A stretch of 45,575 nucleotides of DNA, filler included, from Hausera hauseri (taxonomy: Eukaryota): the NCBI GenBank assembly GCA_046269625.1. It is 8 parts of 8 records of this genome, joined end to end, with 100 filler letters (N's around TTAATTAATTAA, not from the genome) between each part and the next. Parts side by side here need not be neighbours in the genome. Positions count along the whole stretch, not along the records: positions 8,042 to 17,786 come from JBJURY010296611.1; positions 17,887 to 21,921 come from JBJURY010804087.1; positions 22,022 to 26,575 come from JBJURY010530011.1; 5 more parts are not named here. One strand, 5' to 3'. Positions 11,560-23,730 of this stretch are shown piece by piece. Made by a program: the position numbers and the translations under genes. Position 1 is the first letter of the stretch, and the number at the start of each line of letters is the position of its first letter. The notes under the pieces were generated by a model. It ran no database searches. It worked only from the letters and a program-made list of their open reading frames with translations, and was not told the DNA's origin.

Positions 11560-12760
11560 ACGTAATGAATATTTGTTAAAATCAGCATGTCATTAACAGG
11601 TTCTTCATTACTAAGACTCAATATGGTAACTGTAGAATTATCCGTTGAAACATTCAGAACTACAATAAATACATAATTGAAGAAGTTGGAATTTCAGAAC
11701 TGTCTGATGCCTCTGAGATAGCGACTTGTAATGGTCTTATTAAACGGTACATCAACGACTTTGCGCCATTCGTCTTCTATGTCGTCATCATCATTTGGTA
11801 ATGAGGCTTTAGACGATTTCTTGCAATCGATTTTAAAAATCTGTAATCTTCCAATCATGAAAGTATTAAGCAATATTATAAATTCGCGCCTTTTGCCATT
11901 GTTCTGGTTTTGGTAGTACGTATCATATATAAATCGTGTTGATTATGAATCAGCAGTTTTTCTATGTCATTATTGATATGATCTTCATGTTCGACGATTG
12001 TAAGGGGAGCATCGAAACTGTCGATATCGTCAACATCTGAGTTAAGGTGGTCTTCAGATGGTAGCAGAGTCTGACTTTCTGTTACAGATGTCAAGAAATC
12101 TGGAAGGTAACTGCAGAGATTTTCTGGACGAAACGTAATATTGCTTGCGTACGTTACATCGCCAGTAGAAGAGCTTTGCGGCAAAACACAAACACCATCT
12201 CAACATTCGAATTCAACTATTGTTGTATATTTGATTTCCTTCTGTTTATCCAAACCACCCAACAAACGTAACTTACGATTAATTTTCCGAACAGAGAACA
12301 ACTTCTTACTGACATTTACGTTACCAAATCCTGTAGCAATTCTTGACGTTTACGTTCCGAACTTAGCATAGCAATCGGCGTGATCTTAGCGAAGTAAAAC
12401 GGATTTTCAATCGTCTTTATAAAGTCTGCTTTCCACAAAATCGATTGTCGGAATTGTGGTGTGACTCATCTCCGATGTATCATAATTCGAAATTGTCAAA
12501 TGTTTCAGACATAAACTTTTTTTGTTCAATGGCTCTTCGTGCCTATCTTTCTTTCTATGATTAAACTTTTGAATTATTCATGAATCGTCAATCATTTTTG
12601 TATCTGACAGTTTTTCTTCTTTAGAGGCCAGTTGTATATAATCTAACGCTTTATGTGAATCTTTGACTTTATTGGTGTCAGGTAACAACTCTCGTTTTTC
12701 TGAATCTGATTTCCCTTCTTTGACGTTTTTCGGAACATAATTGACAGTATTTATTTACAT
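11560..12760 (-). pseudogene. Unidentified low-complexity coding fragment with several stops
   Basis: Near-continuous minus-strand frame including ORF 11876-12184; no motif recognised. Confidence 0.3.
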
Positions 12761-12911
12761 TATACACTCGGATTTCGTCGATATTTCTTAACTAACGGAG
12801 CAAGCATTGTACAAGCAACAGCATAATATTTAATAGGGATTTTCGCACATAATTCACTTAAACGTTGGCCGCTTTCATTTTTTCCATTCACTACAATATA
12901 GAACACAATAT

Positions 12912-13280
12912 ATGAGTAAAATCTGCGATAGTATCGGAGTTATAGTTTCTCCGGATGACAAATAAAAAGCTAACGGACAACCTTGAAGGTCTTGAAAAGT
13001 TGAATAAAGAAGAGAAAAATGAGAACTCGATTTTGGAAAAGAAACTGGTGTGTATAAATGATAAAATGGATGAGTTATGTAGCACAAATGAAGAGTTGAA
13101 AAGTACCAATTGCATTCTGCAAAATTGCACAGATAACTTAGAATTATTGGATAAATCTCAGGCTGATAAATTGGAATTATTTGCGCGAGACATCAGCGCG
13201 CTTAATTCAGAAAATCAGGCTCTTAGAGGCCGTTATTTACGATTGCGAGAAAGATATAATATTGACAGACAGTTTTTCTA
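12912..13280 (+). pseudogene. Coiled-coil protein 5' fragment interrupted by the gypsy LTR
   Basis: Heptad-rich L/E/K/N sequence. The ORF-track tail beyond 13280 is antisense LTR. Confidence 0.4.
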
Positions 13281-13401
13281 TGTGAGCTTGACTTATGGCA
13301 GAAAATCGGGAGGCCGCCTACGCGTTTGTCGCGCCGACGGCGGAAAACCCGTCCGTGCCAAACCGAATGGGTCGGAGGGCACATTCGACGCGGGCACCAC
13401 A
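13281..13401 (-). repeat. 3' LTR, 121 bp (TGTGGTGCCC...AAGCTCACA)
   Basis: TGTG...CACA termini, directly preceded on minus by AACTTTGCCACGGGGCGTGA (PPT region) after the pol stop; related to 36158-36248. Confidence 0.75.
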
Positions 13402-16400
13402 TCACGCCCCGTGGCAAAGTTAGAACTATAAAGGATAAAAGAAAGAGAAAAAAGGCGCAAAACGAAAAGTGTGTGTGTTAGTTGAGCTTAGTGTGTATAA
13501 GTCGTTGAATACCTTCGACTGATTTTTCCCTACTATATTGGCTGAATGTGACTCTGCGTGTTGTGTATTTGTGCTATGTGTTTCTTTGCAGAGATTGAGG
13601 CTGAAGAAAAATTTGTTAGATTTTAGTGTAGGTGTTATGTCGATTGAAGATGACGAGGAAGGTGAAGAAGGTGAAGAATAAGGTAAAGAAGGAAGAATGA
13701 TTGTTGAAGAAGGAGGGTTAAAGATATTGAAAAGAGTATTAGAAGTCGAAGGAGTGATGAAAGGTGTAGTGGTGGATAAAGGAAGAGAAGTTGGAGTAGA
13801 GATTGGAGTCGTGTTGAGTGAAGGAGTGGAAGAAGAAGATAATACAAAGGTAGTGGTAGAGATAGAAAATATGGTAGGAATAGAAGGAGAAATTGTAGAA
13901 GATGATGAAGCAAGACTAGGCGCGGAAGAAGAAAGTGGAAGTGGTATAGTAATAGATGTAGGGATAGAAGGGAGTGGAGGAGTAAGAAAAGACTTTGGCG
14001 TGTCGGTTGGTAAGGTGTCGTCGACAAAGAAAGCAGGCTTTAGGTTGGTTATGTGTACTGTGAAATCTTTACCGTCTTTGGACATGATGATGTTATGCGA
14101 GTGCAGCTTTATAAGTATATAGGGCCCCAGATACCGTGGTTGGAAACTGCAAGGAGCCTGATTCTTCAGCCAAACGAATTTTCAGGTAGGTAAGTTTTAT
14201 CTTTGTGAAGTAACCTGCAAAACGCATCTCTGCTGATCTCGACGAAGTGACTTTGAGCCGCCCGCATCGTCTCATCTGTGGGAGTGTCGTCTAGGGCGGT
14301 TAATTCGAATAATGAGCGGACAGGAGTTCCGAATAAGGCTTCAGTAGGCGAGCATCCTGTAGAAGTGGACGGAGTGTTCCGCCAGCCAAGCAGAACGAAA
14401 GGAAGACGATTGGTCCAACTAGAACGCTAGGAGGCCGTTCGATTGGGAATGATAAGGCATAGTATGAATGTGGTTGATCCCCAATCGGTTAACAAGGAAT
14501 TTGAACAGGTTGGATTCAAATTGTAGACCTTGGTCCGTGAGGATGAAGCAAGGTGATACGAACCTGTTGATCCATGTGCGAATGAAAACGTCAGCTATGG
14601 TGTCGGTGTTTATGCTCCACAGAGGGATGGCTTCTGGCTATCGCGAGGAACGGTCCATCATGGTGAGGATGAATTGATGACCATTGTCTGGAGGAAGAGG
14701 GCCAACAATGTCGATATGCACGGCTTCGAAACGCGATATGCAGGGGAAGTGGAATAGTGGTGGCTTTAAATGCTTAGCTGTTTTGTATTTTTGGCATGCC
14801 ACACACTCCTTAACCCATGCCTGCACATCAGAATGCATTGACGGCCATATTACTTGTCGACGGGGGAGGCGAAAAGTGTCTTTAGCACCAGGATGGTGTA
14901 ATGAATGCATGTGGTGAAATGCTTGTCTTTGCAACGAAGGTGCTAGGATTATTACTGAATGACCTGATTTGCAGGTGTCTAAAGCCACGCCGTCAAAGAT
15001 TGTGCAAGATTTAAAAGTATTAAGCATGTCTTGAGGTGGCTAATTCTGTTGAAGTTGTTCTTGCGTAAAAATCGGAGAAAAATTAATAGAACTAACCAAC
15101 CTAGATAAAAAATCAGCAACTAAATTGTTAACTCCGTTTATATGTTTAATATCGAAGTTAAATGTCAATAAGTATGATATTTGTCCTTCTTGGCGTGTGG
15201 AAAGGTGTTTCATGGACATGATGTTAAGTAAAGGCTTGTGGTCCATTTGTAGAGTGAAATGACGAGCGACGAGTAAGTGTGAGAAATGTTTGAGGGAGAG
15301 AACGATTGCCAACAGTTCTCGATCGAATGTGGAATACCTGGTTTCAGGTGCGGTTAGTTTGCGAGAAAAAAATTCAATGGTTCGTTTTCTCCCTTGTAAA
15401 TTTGGTGGAGTGCAGGGCCTAAAGCAGTGGTTGACGCGTCAGTGGCGAGGATGAGCTCTGCATCAGTCTTGGGAAAAGCAAGAATATCTACAGTTTTGAT
15501 GCCTTCGCGCAGCTTGTCGAATTTGTCAACCAATTTAGGTATCCACTAAATTGGCTGATGTTTTTTGCCGCCGTTTAGATGTGCGAATGGTGCTGTTAAT
15601 TCCGAGCAATAGGGTACATATTTGTGAACAAAGTGTAGCGTGCCAAGGAAGCTACGCATTTCGGTGGTCGTACGTGGCAATTGGATGTTTTTAAGCTCTT
15701 CGACTCGATCTGATTGGGCAGAATGACCGTCTGGTGTGATAGCATGTCCTAAAAAGTTAATGCGCATTTTGAAAAAGTGGCATTTGTCGAAGTTAATTTG
15801 GAGATTATGGTAGTGAAGACGTTGGAATATCGACTAGAATGTCGTCGATATAAGGGTTTGCAAACGAGAAATCGGAAAGAATGGAATCGATGTGTTGCTG
15901 AAAGGTTTGTGCGGCATTTAGTAAACCGAGTGGCATAAACAGATATTCGTAGAGACCAAACGGAGTAGTTACTGCGGTTTTTTCTGTCTTCAGATGCTAC
16001 CGGTATTTGGTGGTAGGCTTTAGCTAAATCAATGGTAATTGACTTAATACGATGCAGGACATCCTTAATGAGTGGTAAAGGATATGTATCCATAATTGTC
16101 AAGTTGTTTAGCTGTCGGTAGTCACAGCATGGTCGAAAAGTACCATCCTTTTTGTACCACGTGTAAAGGTGATAACCAAAGTGATTTGGAACGGCGTACG
16201 ATGCCGGAGCGTTCTAGCTCAAGAAACTCGGCTTCTATGGCTTGTCTTCGGCGAGGTGAGGGAGGCCGTACCTTTTGACGTATTTGACGTTGATGCTGTG
16301 TGACTATGCGGTGTTAAGTGCTGTTGGCGGGAGTAAAAGTGCTATCCTTTTTAAGTACGCGTGAACATGATTTATTAATGAATTGCTGTAACGTTGTAGG

Positions 16401-17136
16401 TAGCTGTGAGAGATTCTGTGAAAGTAGTGGAACAATTTGAGTGGTAGCGGGTGAAATATGAGTTGTTAGGTGATGTGCAGTCAAGTGGTATTTGGTGTAA
16501 GATGGATGAATTGAAAATGGTGTTGGCTGAGGTATTTTCGTCAAATGAATTAGCACTGTTGGCAGTACCACACTTATCGACATCAAATCTTGATCGTATA
16601 TCAGTGTTATTGTTTAAAAATTTCCGAATTGAAGTATTATTATGAGAATTTGAATTATTGTTATAAAAAGTCGAATTATTCGCAGACTTTTAAGATTGAC
16701 TTCCGCCCCACGGTCCACTGTGCGGTAGTCGAAAAGCTATTTATATGACCAGAAATGTCGCCAACGGTGCCTTTCCTCAAACATTGCTGGCTGCAGTCAA
16801 CCAGTAGGTTGTAGTGTGAGAGAAAGTCAGACCCTAGGATTGCCGACTGGACGTTAGCGACTGTGAACGTTTAGCGGAAAGATGTAAAGAAACCAGACAA
16901 GATGAAAGATAATGTAGCCGTGCCCGAGATGCGCAGCGGCTGGCCTGAAGCAGTATATAAAGGCTAAAGTTTGAATGGAAAATTTTATGTAGGAAAGGTT
17001 TGCGGTAATAGAGAAATTGCGGGCCTGTATCAATAAGGAAGTCAAGAGATTGAGTTGTAGGGGCAGTGATTGCAGCCTTTAACGTAAAGACTGAGAAAGA
17101 GATGTGTCGGCGTGCAGAATGTAAAGTAGTGCCTTT

Positions 17137-17178
17137 GCCAGAGTTTGCCGTGACCTCTGGCGGCAAACTTAGTTTTTT
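17137..17178 (-). promoter_or_regulatory. -1 ribosomal frameshift signal at gag/pol junction
   Basis: A AAA AAC TAA followed by GTTTGCCGCCAGAGGTCACGGCAAACTCTGGC (stems GTTTGCCG/CGGCAAAC and GCCAGAG/CTCTGGC, H-type pseudoknot geometry). Confidence 0.75.
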
Positions 17179-17638
17179 GGAAAAGATGAACTGGAACGAC
17201 TGTGAGAAGTGAAGGCAGTACGTCCGTCGTTCGTATTAAAATTGAAGGTACAGCCAGGGATACATTTACATGCTTGATTTTTGAATCTCGCGTGGTAAAT
17301 GCAAACCACGGTGTTTGAGGAAAACTTCTGGTTATAAAATTGGCAACCCAGGCAGCATTTCTAAGCGGTTGTGTTCAATCTGCTGTGGTAGTAGCAGATA
17401 GACGAACGCGCAGGCGATGGTGAGTGGTTCCGTGACGTAGAACTGGCACGGGAAGCGGCAAAACCGCCTCGTCGGGACAGGGACAACTCGTTCAACTTAT
17501 TGTTGATGTTGTTGATTGTTGCATGTAATGCCATGTTTTCAGCACGTAGCTGACCAAGTTGTTGTTCTATGGATGTAGTGTTTGATTGTATGTCGTTAGT
17601 TGCGACAGTAGGGGGAAAATACCGCTTCTGGCTCAGCT

Positions 17639-17786
17639 CCCCCCGGGGGAGATCGATAAATCGATTTTGCACGTGCCGATCGATAGTGCACCCGGAACAC
17701 TATCGATCCATGAAATGCTAGGCAACGGTTCCGTTAGGCACCGTTGCTAGGCACATTTTTGCACATTTGATAAATCGATCGCTGCA
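17639..17786 (+). repeat. 'R' family copy 2 (terminus only, cut by contig end)
   Basis: CCCCCCGGGGG start and the same twin hairpins as copies 1 and 3; truncates gypsy gag. Confidence 0.8.
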
Positions 17787-17886
17787 NNNNNNNNNNNNNN
17801 NNNNNNNNNNNNNNNNNNNNNNNNNNNNNNTTAATTAATTAANNNNNNNNNNNNNNNNNNNNNNNNNNNNNNNNNNNNNNNNNNNN
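17787..17886. other. Synthetic contig spacer
   Basis: 44 N + TTAATTAATTAA + 44 N. Confidence 0.98.
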
Positions 17887-18141
17887 CAGAACAAAATGGT
17901 AAAAATCGACGATTGTCGAAACAATTCGGAGTCCAACGAGAATTCTCCCTCCTTTCCAACTACAGTTCATTTTGAACCAAATAATCAAAAAGGCCCTGAA
18001 TTCAAATATCACAAAGTAAAATTCAAAAATCACTCCAACGGTATTGCATTTCCAATGATCAAACCCACAAAGCAATTGCTGGGGAGTTGTTCAAGTCTCG
18101 TTGCGGGCGATACAAAACACAAAATACTCGGCGATGAAATA

Positions 18142-18240
18142 CCACCGACGTGCTGGATTCCAGATCACACCGATGGGTCCCCCCAGGCAACCTAACTTTG
18201 TCAGCGGGGGTAATGTGGTGCTCACATTGGCCCACCCAAA
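18142..18240 (+). mobile_element. LTR-element 3' module: conserved pre-PPT segment, PPT (GGGGG 18206-18210) and LTR head TGTGGTGCTCACATT (18214)
   Basis: Colinear with 28678-28775 and with the PPT/LTR junction of gypsy copy 1. Confidence 0.7.
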
Positions 18241-18420
18241 AATAACTATATATATGTAATCGCTTTTTTTGAAAAATGTGTTTTGTAAATATTCGTATTT
18301 ACGATGATGGTAAAAATTTAAAATGAAATAAAAAATTATGGCAGCTTTTTTCTTTCTGAAACTATGAATTTTGAAGATTCAGGTACTTTGGAATATATTC
18401 GAAATAAAAACGAATCTATC

Positions 18421-21400
18421 AAAGATGAATTGATGAGCATTGTTTCGAGGAAGAGGGCCAACAAGATCTATGTGCATGGACTCGAAAGGCGATGTGCAAG
18501 GGAAATGATGTAGTGGTGACTTCAAACGCTTTGTGGTTTTAAATGTCTGGCAATCCGCGTAATCCTTAACCCACTCTTACACATTAAAACACATTGAAGA
18601 CCAAACTACCTGTCGGGGAAGCAAGCGAAAAGTAGCCTTAGCACCAGGGTGATGTAATGAATATACGCTGTTGAATGCCTGTTTTTGCAAGGCAGGGGTT
18701 AAGATAATTTTAGACTGCCCTGGTTTGGACGTGTCTAAGGCCACGACGTCAATGTTGTAGCAAGATTTAAACGATTTAAGGATGCCTAGAGGTGGCTGGT
18801 TTTCACGAAGCTGGTTTGGAGTGAAAAGAGGCTTAAACTTAATTGAGCTAACTAACATAGATAAAAAGTCTGCGACTAAGTTGTAAACACCGTTAATATG
18901 ATTAATTTTAAAATTAAATGTCGACAAGTACCAAATCTGTCGTTCCTGTCGAGTAGAAAGTTGTTTCATTCCCATGATGTTTATTAAGGGTTTATGGTCA
19001 GTTTGTATAGTGAAGCCTCGAGCAGGGAGTAAATGTAAAAATGTCTTAAAACGAGAACTATCGACAGTAGTTCTCGGTCGAAGGTGAATTATCTAGTTTC
19101 AGGAGGTGTTAGTTTGCGTGAAAAAAACTCCTTCAGTTGATTTTCGCCTTTATGAATCTGATACAGTACAGCGCCTAAGACAGTGGCGGCAGAAAAAGCT
19201 TGGCATCTGGCTTAGGATAAGCTAAAATTTTGACTGTTTTTAGGCCTTCTATTAATTTATCAATGTTATCCAGCAGTTCCGGCGTCCACAGTATTGGATG
19301 ATGCTTTTTTCCTCTACTTAGCTGAGCAAAGGGCGCGGTTAGTTCTGAACAATATGGATCATACTTGTGGCCGAAATATAATGTGCCAAAGACGCTCCTC
19401 ATTTCGGTAGTTGTTCGAGTTAATTGGACGTTCTTGAGGGCTTCGACTCAATCAGGCTGGGGAAAATGCCCTTCAGAAGAGATAAAGTGTATGAAGAAAT
19501 TTGTACGTCGTTTAAAGAAGTGACATTTCGTAAAGTTTATCTGAGGGCTGTGTTTGTGTAAACGGTGAAAGATGGATCGGAAATGTTCTTCATGTTGTTT
19601 GGTGGATGAAGAAACAACAAGAATATCATCAGTGTAAGGATGATCATAAGGAAGATCAGAAAGAATTGCATCTATATGACATTGGAAAGTTTGTGCGGCA
19701 TTCCTTAAGCCAAAGGACATATATAAATAATCTAAAGGCCGAAGGGTGTAGTAACGGCGTTTTTTGATATCTTCGGGTGCCACCGGGATTTGATGATAAG
19801 ACTTGGCCAAGTCAATGGTGGAATAGGTTGTGGCGGATTTAAGACCATGTAATATATCTTTTATCAATGGTAAGGAATATTTGTCCATTACAATCAAACA
19901 GTTTAGTTGCCGGTACTCACCACATGGTCTGAACGATCCGTCCTTTTTTGCACAGCATGTAAGGGAGAGAACTATGGTGACTTGGATCAACGTACAATGC
20001 CAGAGCTTTCAAGGTCTAAAAATTCGGCTTCAACCGCCTTTCTGCATCTAGAAAATAATGGTCGTACCTTATGGTGTTGCGCAATGATGTGATGAAAAGT
20101 GCTATTTTCTGGTGTGAAAAACCTATCTTTTTGAATTACGCGAATGCATGATCTATTTAGGCACTGCTGCAGATTTTCAAGCAATTGTGAAATTTATTTT
20201 GTGGCTTAAAATCGAGAAGTATTTGATGTAGAATGGTCGTGTTCAAAATTGTATTTAAAATAGTGATCTCATCCTATGATTTTTCAGTGGAGACAAAATT
20301 ATAGTTATTGACATTCAATCTCCCTTCGTTATTTATACTATATTTTAATAATTTATCAAATAAATCATGTTTATTTCAAAATATCGGTTTATTCGCGTGC
20401 TTTTTCAAAATTGACTTCTTTGTGACATTTATCTGCGCAACAGCTGTAACTCTATTTATCTGGTTGGTTCGATTTTTTTGAAGATACTTTTCACACAACG
20501 TTGTCTACAATCCATCAAAAGATTGTAATACGGTAAAAATCAGATCCAAGAATGGCTGAATGTACATTTGCGACTATAAATGTCCACTGAAACTTTGAAG
20601 AAAAGTTTGGCAAAGTGAAGGAAAGTTTAGAAGTTCCAGAAACATACAACGGTTGTCAGGAAGCTGTAAAAAGAGATTTCGTTTTAGATGTAACGTTTTG
20701 AATTGGGAAATTGAGCGGTAGAAGCGATATTGCTGCACCTGTGTCGATAAGGAAGTTTATATGTTGAGATGTCGGTGAACTGGTAGAAGCTTTTAATGTG
20801 AATGCAGCGAAAGAAATTTTTGGGCTATTAGAAAATAATGGGTGGCCTTCACCAATGCTCGCCAAAAGCTCTGGCGGCTAAGTTAGTTTTTTGCAAGAGA
20901 GGAACCAGGACGGCTGTTAGAAGCAAGAATAGCGAGTCCGTTATTTGAATTATGAGCGTTGTTTTTAAAAGTGCAACCTGGGATGCATCTGCATGCATTG
21001 TTTGACTTTTGCATGATATGTGCAAATGACGCTGTCTTTACGATACTTCTAGGTTTCAAATTTGCACCCCTGGTGGCATTTTTGTGCTTTATTATCAAAC
21101 CTACCGTGATAATAGCAAATCAGTGATAGTCCAGTTGAAGGTGACCGACCACGGGACACAGAACTGTTACGGTCAGGTATAAAACTCCTTCGTTTTGTCA
21201 GCGAAATTTCATTTAATCTGTGATTAATATTATTAATTGTTGTTTGTGAGGTCGCATTTTTAGCCCATAGTTTATTTAATTGTTGTTCGAATGCTGTATT
21301 GTTGTTGCTAGCAGCTGCAGAAATGATGGGCTGTGCATGTAGGTTCAAAACTTTATATGTTTTATCTGCCAGTTTGGCCAATTTATCCAAAGCCCTCGAT

Positions 21401-21921
21401 TTCTCGACGACGGTAAGTAAGTTTTGATCTGGATGGGCAATGCATTTAGGAAGTAACGTCGTAAGAGGTCAGCATTATGTTGTTTAGTAACGCCGAGTGT
21501 TTGCAATTGAGCAAGGGAAGTTTTTAAAAAATCAGACGGTTTCTGCGTTCACATGGCACTGTCATTGAAGAATCTATGGATAATAGAATCCATGGATGGT
21601 TCCGTATGATTTAATACTGCGTTATAGAGATGGGTGCATGGGTCAAATTGTTGAAATAGATCTAACAAATCATGATTAGACGTTTTTACTGCTGTCGGTA
21701 AGAGACAAAGTAAGCTATGAGTTTTGGCTGATGGATCGGTGATGCCACTGGACTTCAGCTAAAGTTTATGAAAATTAAGGCATGTTTTGCTTGAATTTTC
21801 ATGGTCTATAAAATACTCTGTGCATTGGGAAGAAGTGCTTTTAGATTGCGAAGGAATAGTGGTAAAAGTAGTCATGTTGGATGGTGTGGTGACAGTCGTT
21901 GATTTTTGAAAAAAGGGTGTA
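18421..21921 (-). mobile_element. Ty3/gypsy retrotransposon copy 2 (gag to mid-integrase, degenerate)
   Basis: gag start ~21875, twin zinc knuckles, FLIDTGAAISLLP, IDLAKSYHQIPV, FGLRNAAQTFQ, YTDD, DHKPL, LHHPG, HIDLVGPLP; many stops and frameshifts. Confidence 0.95.
20851..20892 (-). promoter_or_regulatory. -1 frameshift signal, gypsy copy 2
   Basis: AAAAAACTAA then CGCCAGAGCTTTTGGCG stem, at the same gag/pol position as in copy 1. Confidence 0.65.
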
Positions 21922-22021
21922 NNNNNNNNNNNNNNNNNNNNNNNNNNNNNNNNNNNNNNNNNNNNTTAATTAATTAANNNNNNNNNNNNNNNNNNNNNNN
22001 NNNNNNNNNNNNNNNNNNNNN
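21922..22021. other. Synthetic contig spacer
   Basis: 44 N + TTAATTAATTAA + 44 N. Confidence 0.98.
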
Positions 22022-23369
22022 CCGAAATTAAGGACCTTACCCATAAACGTTCTAAAGAACTTTGGTATAACAGTGTAGGTGGTCCTATATGATGTCTCGT
22101 ATTCAATTAAAAAAGGCAACGACATGATTCTCGGCAATAGTAATTTATGTAGCCATTTAAATCAAATACGCCGTTTACAAATTCCAAAAGAATCATACAA
22201 CCTATCGTAGGCAAATCTGTGTATTGATTAAAATAGGTTTGCGCTGGACTAATTATCGTTAAATTATCTTTCGAAATGACTATAATACTTATCAGGGCCT
22301 GATGAAACGTGAATCTCAATTCCCCTTAGGAATGAATGCTCAAACGTGAAAGTAAATCGGCAATCTCAGACAAACTCATATTTGAAGGGAGTAACCCTAT
22401 AATGGTGAGCATATAGGTTTCAGGGGGCAATGCTGTGCCAGCATTGGCATGAACGATAATAAATGAGAGAAATGAATGGAAAGTATTTTTAATGAAAAAT
22501 ATATTAAAATATTTGACGAGAGAATGACACAATACTATCAGTCTTACCTCGTCGTATGTCTCCAAAAAGCTTGCCGATGATTTTATCTGATTGATGAAAA
22601 CCTTTGAATTGTGACTTTCAGAGAAATTATTCTTCTTTGCTGATTAAGTATGCGTTGAATTATTGAAGTATTAGCAGTATATACTAAAGCTATACGCTTA
22701 ACTGTCATGTGAGGTAGTAGAATTGATGTTGGTGAAAGAGGCGGTAAAGTACTTGCAATATTGATGGTGTTGGTCCGCTGGGTACGTGCAACAGTGTCTC
22801 AAACTGTTTGGTACAGAGTTATTACACCATTTTCATTCATTTGAGTAAGGTTTTTAGACCTTAAATGTAAAAATCCAGCGACAAAGGTGATACATTCATT
22901 TTCACTGGAATTCACTTTTTCAGCAATTTTATCGGTTCTTTTGACCGTCACAGATTTCATATTTTCGTCTGCCTGAAATACATCGGGTTTTATAAAATAA
23001 TCATTTGGTGCCAAGTTTAATTTTGGTTTGGTTTGAGTTTCAAAACTTGCCAAACTTCTAATGAGTAAGTGGTCTATTTGTTGAAGAGAAGTTAGTTGTA
23101 TCTGAACATTTGTATTTGAACTATGGATAGACATGAAAGAACTATTTTGGTTTATAACACAAGGCTGAGGTGATTTAATCATTCGCTGAGGCAAGCGTGA
23201 AAGACATTGCGGAGATATGGATTTATAAATGTAGAATAATTTACAGAATTTAAGGCTTGAGTAGTGAAAAGATTATTTGATTGTGGTCTAATTGGAGTAT
23301 GTTGAGGAAGTCTTGTAATCTTGAAAAATTATTAAAAGTAGTTATTGGAATGGGTTGTTGTACATTGCA

Positions 23370-23730
23370 TGGCTTCATTTTATAGATAGCAGATGGTCCA
23401 AGCATTTGAGCTTCTATTTGAATATACTGAGTGAGGGTTGTCAACAACTGATTATACATTGCCATACGCCGGCACATGGCATCGCCTATTTGTGAAAGAG
23501 AAATAAGGGCTTCTAAAGCACAGCAGAGCGGATAAATATCAGGTACGAGTAGTTGTGACAATATGGTTGATATAAATCTGCTTTGGAGGTGTTCTGAAAG
23601 AACTTCGTGATTGTCTTCAATCAAATACAGGATTTGAACCATGTCATATGCTGACAGCCTGTCAAATCGAACATCACTGTGTAGAAGTGAATTAAGGAAA
23701 TCCAAAAAAAACTGAGAAAACCACTCATCG
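23370..23730 (-). pseudogene. ARID2: ARID2/BAF200-like armadillo segment
   Basis: SLLHSDVRFDRL...EDNHEVLSEHL...LLVPDIYPLCCALEALISLSQIGDAMCRRMA...IEAQMLGPSAIYKMK matches the remembered ARID2 pattern (EDN..LI...L..PD..L....LE.LY.L...GD.AC..IA...Q.FGP.A...K). No ARID domain is visible upstream. Confidence 0.6.

Larger units (their letters stand above)
13281..17636 (-). mobile_element. Ty3/gypsy LTR retrotransposon copy 1 (5'-truncated, frameshifted)
   Basis: Domain order on minus: gag zinc knuckles, protease FLIDTG, RT (IDLAKAYHQIPV, GLLNAAQTFQ, YIDD), RNase H (TDAS, FDRELLA, DHKPL, ADFLSR), integrase (HHPG, CVACQ, HIDIVGPLP, TDQG, GPY), then PPT and 3' LTR. Confidence 0.95.

Noticed and set aside
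13635-14122. ORFs 13697-14122(+) and 13635-14027(-)
   Set aside because: Shadow frames of the low-complexity S/T/P-rich integrase tail.
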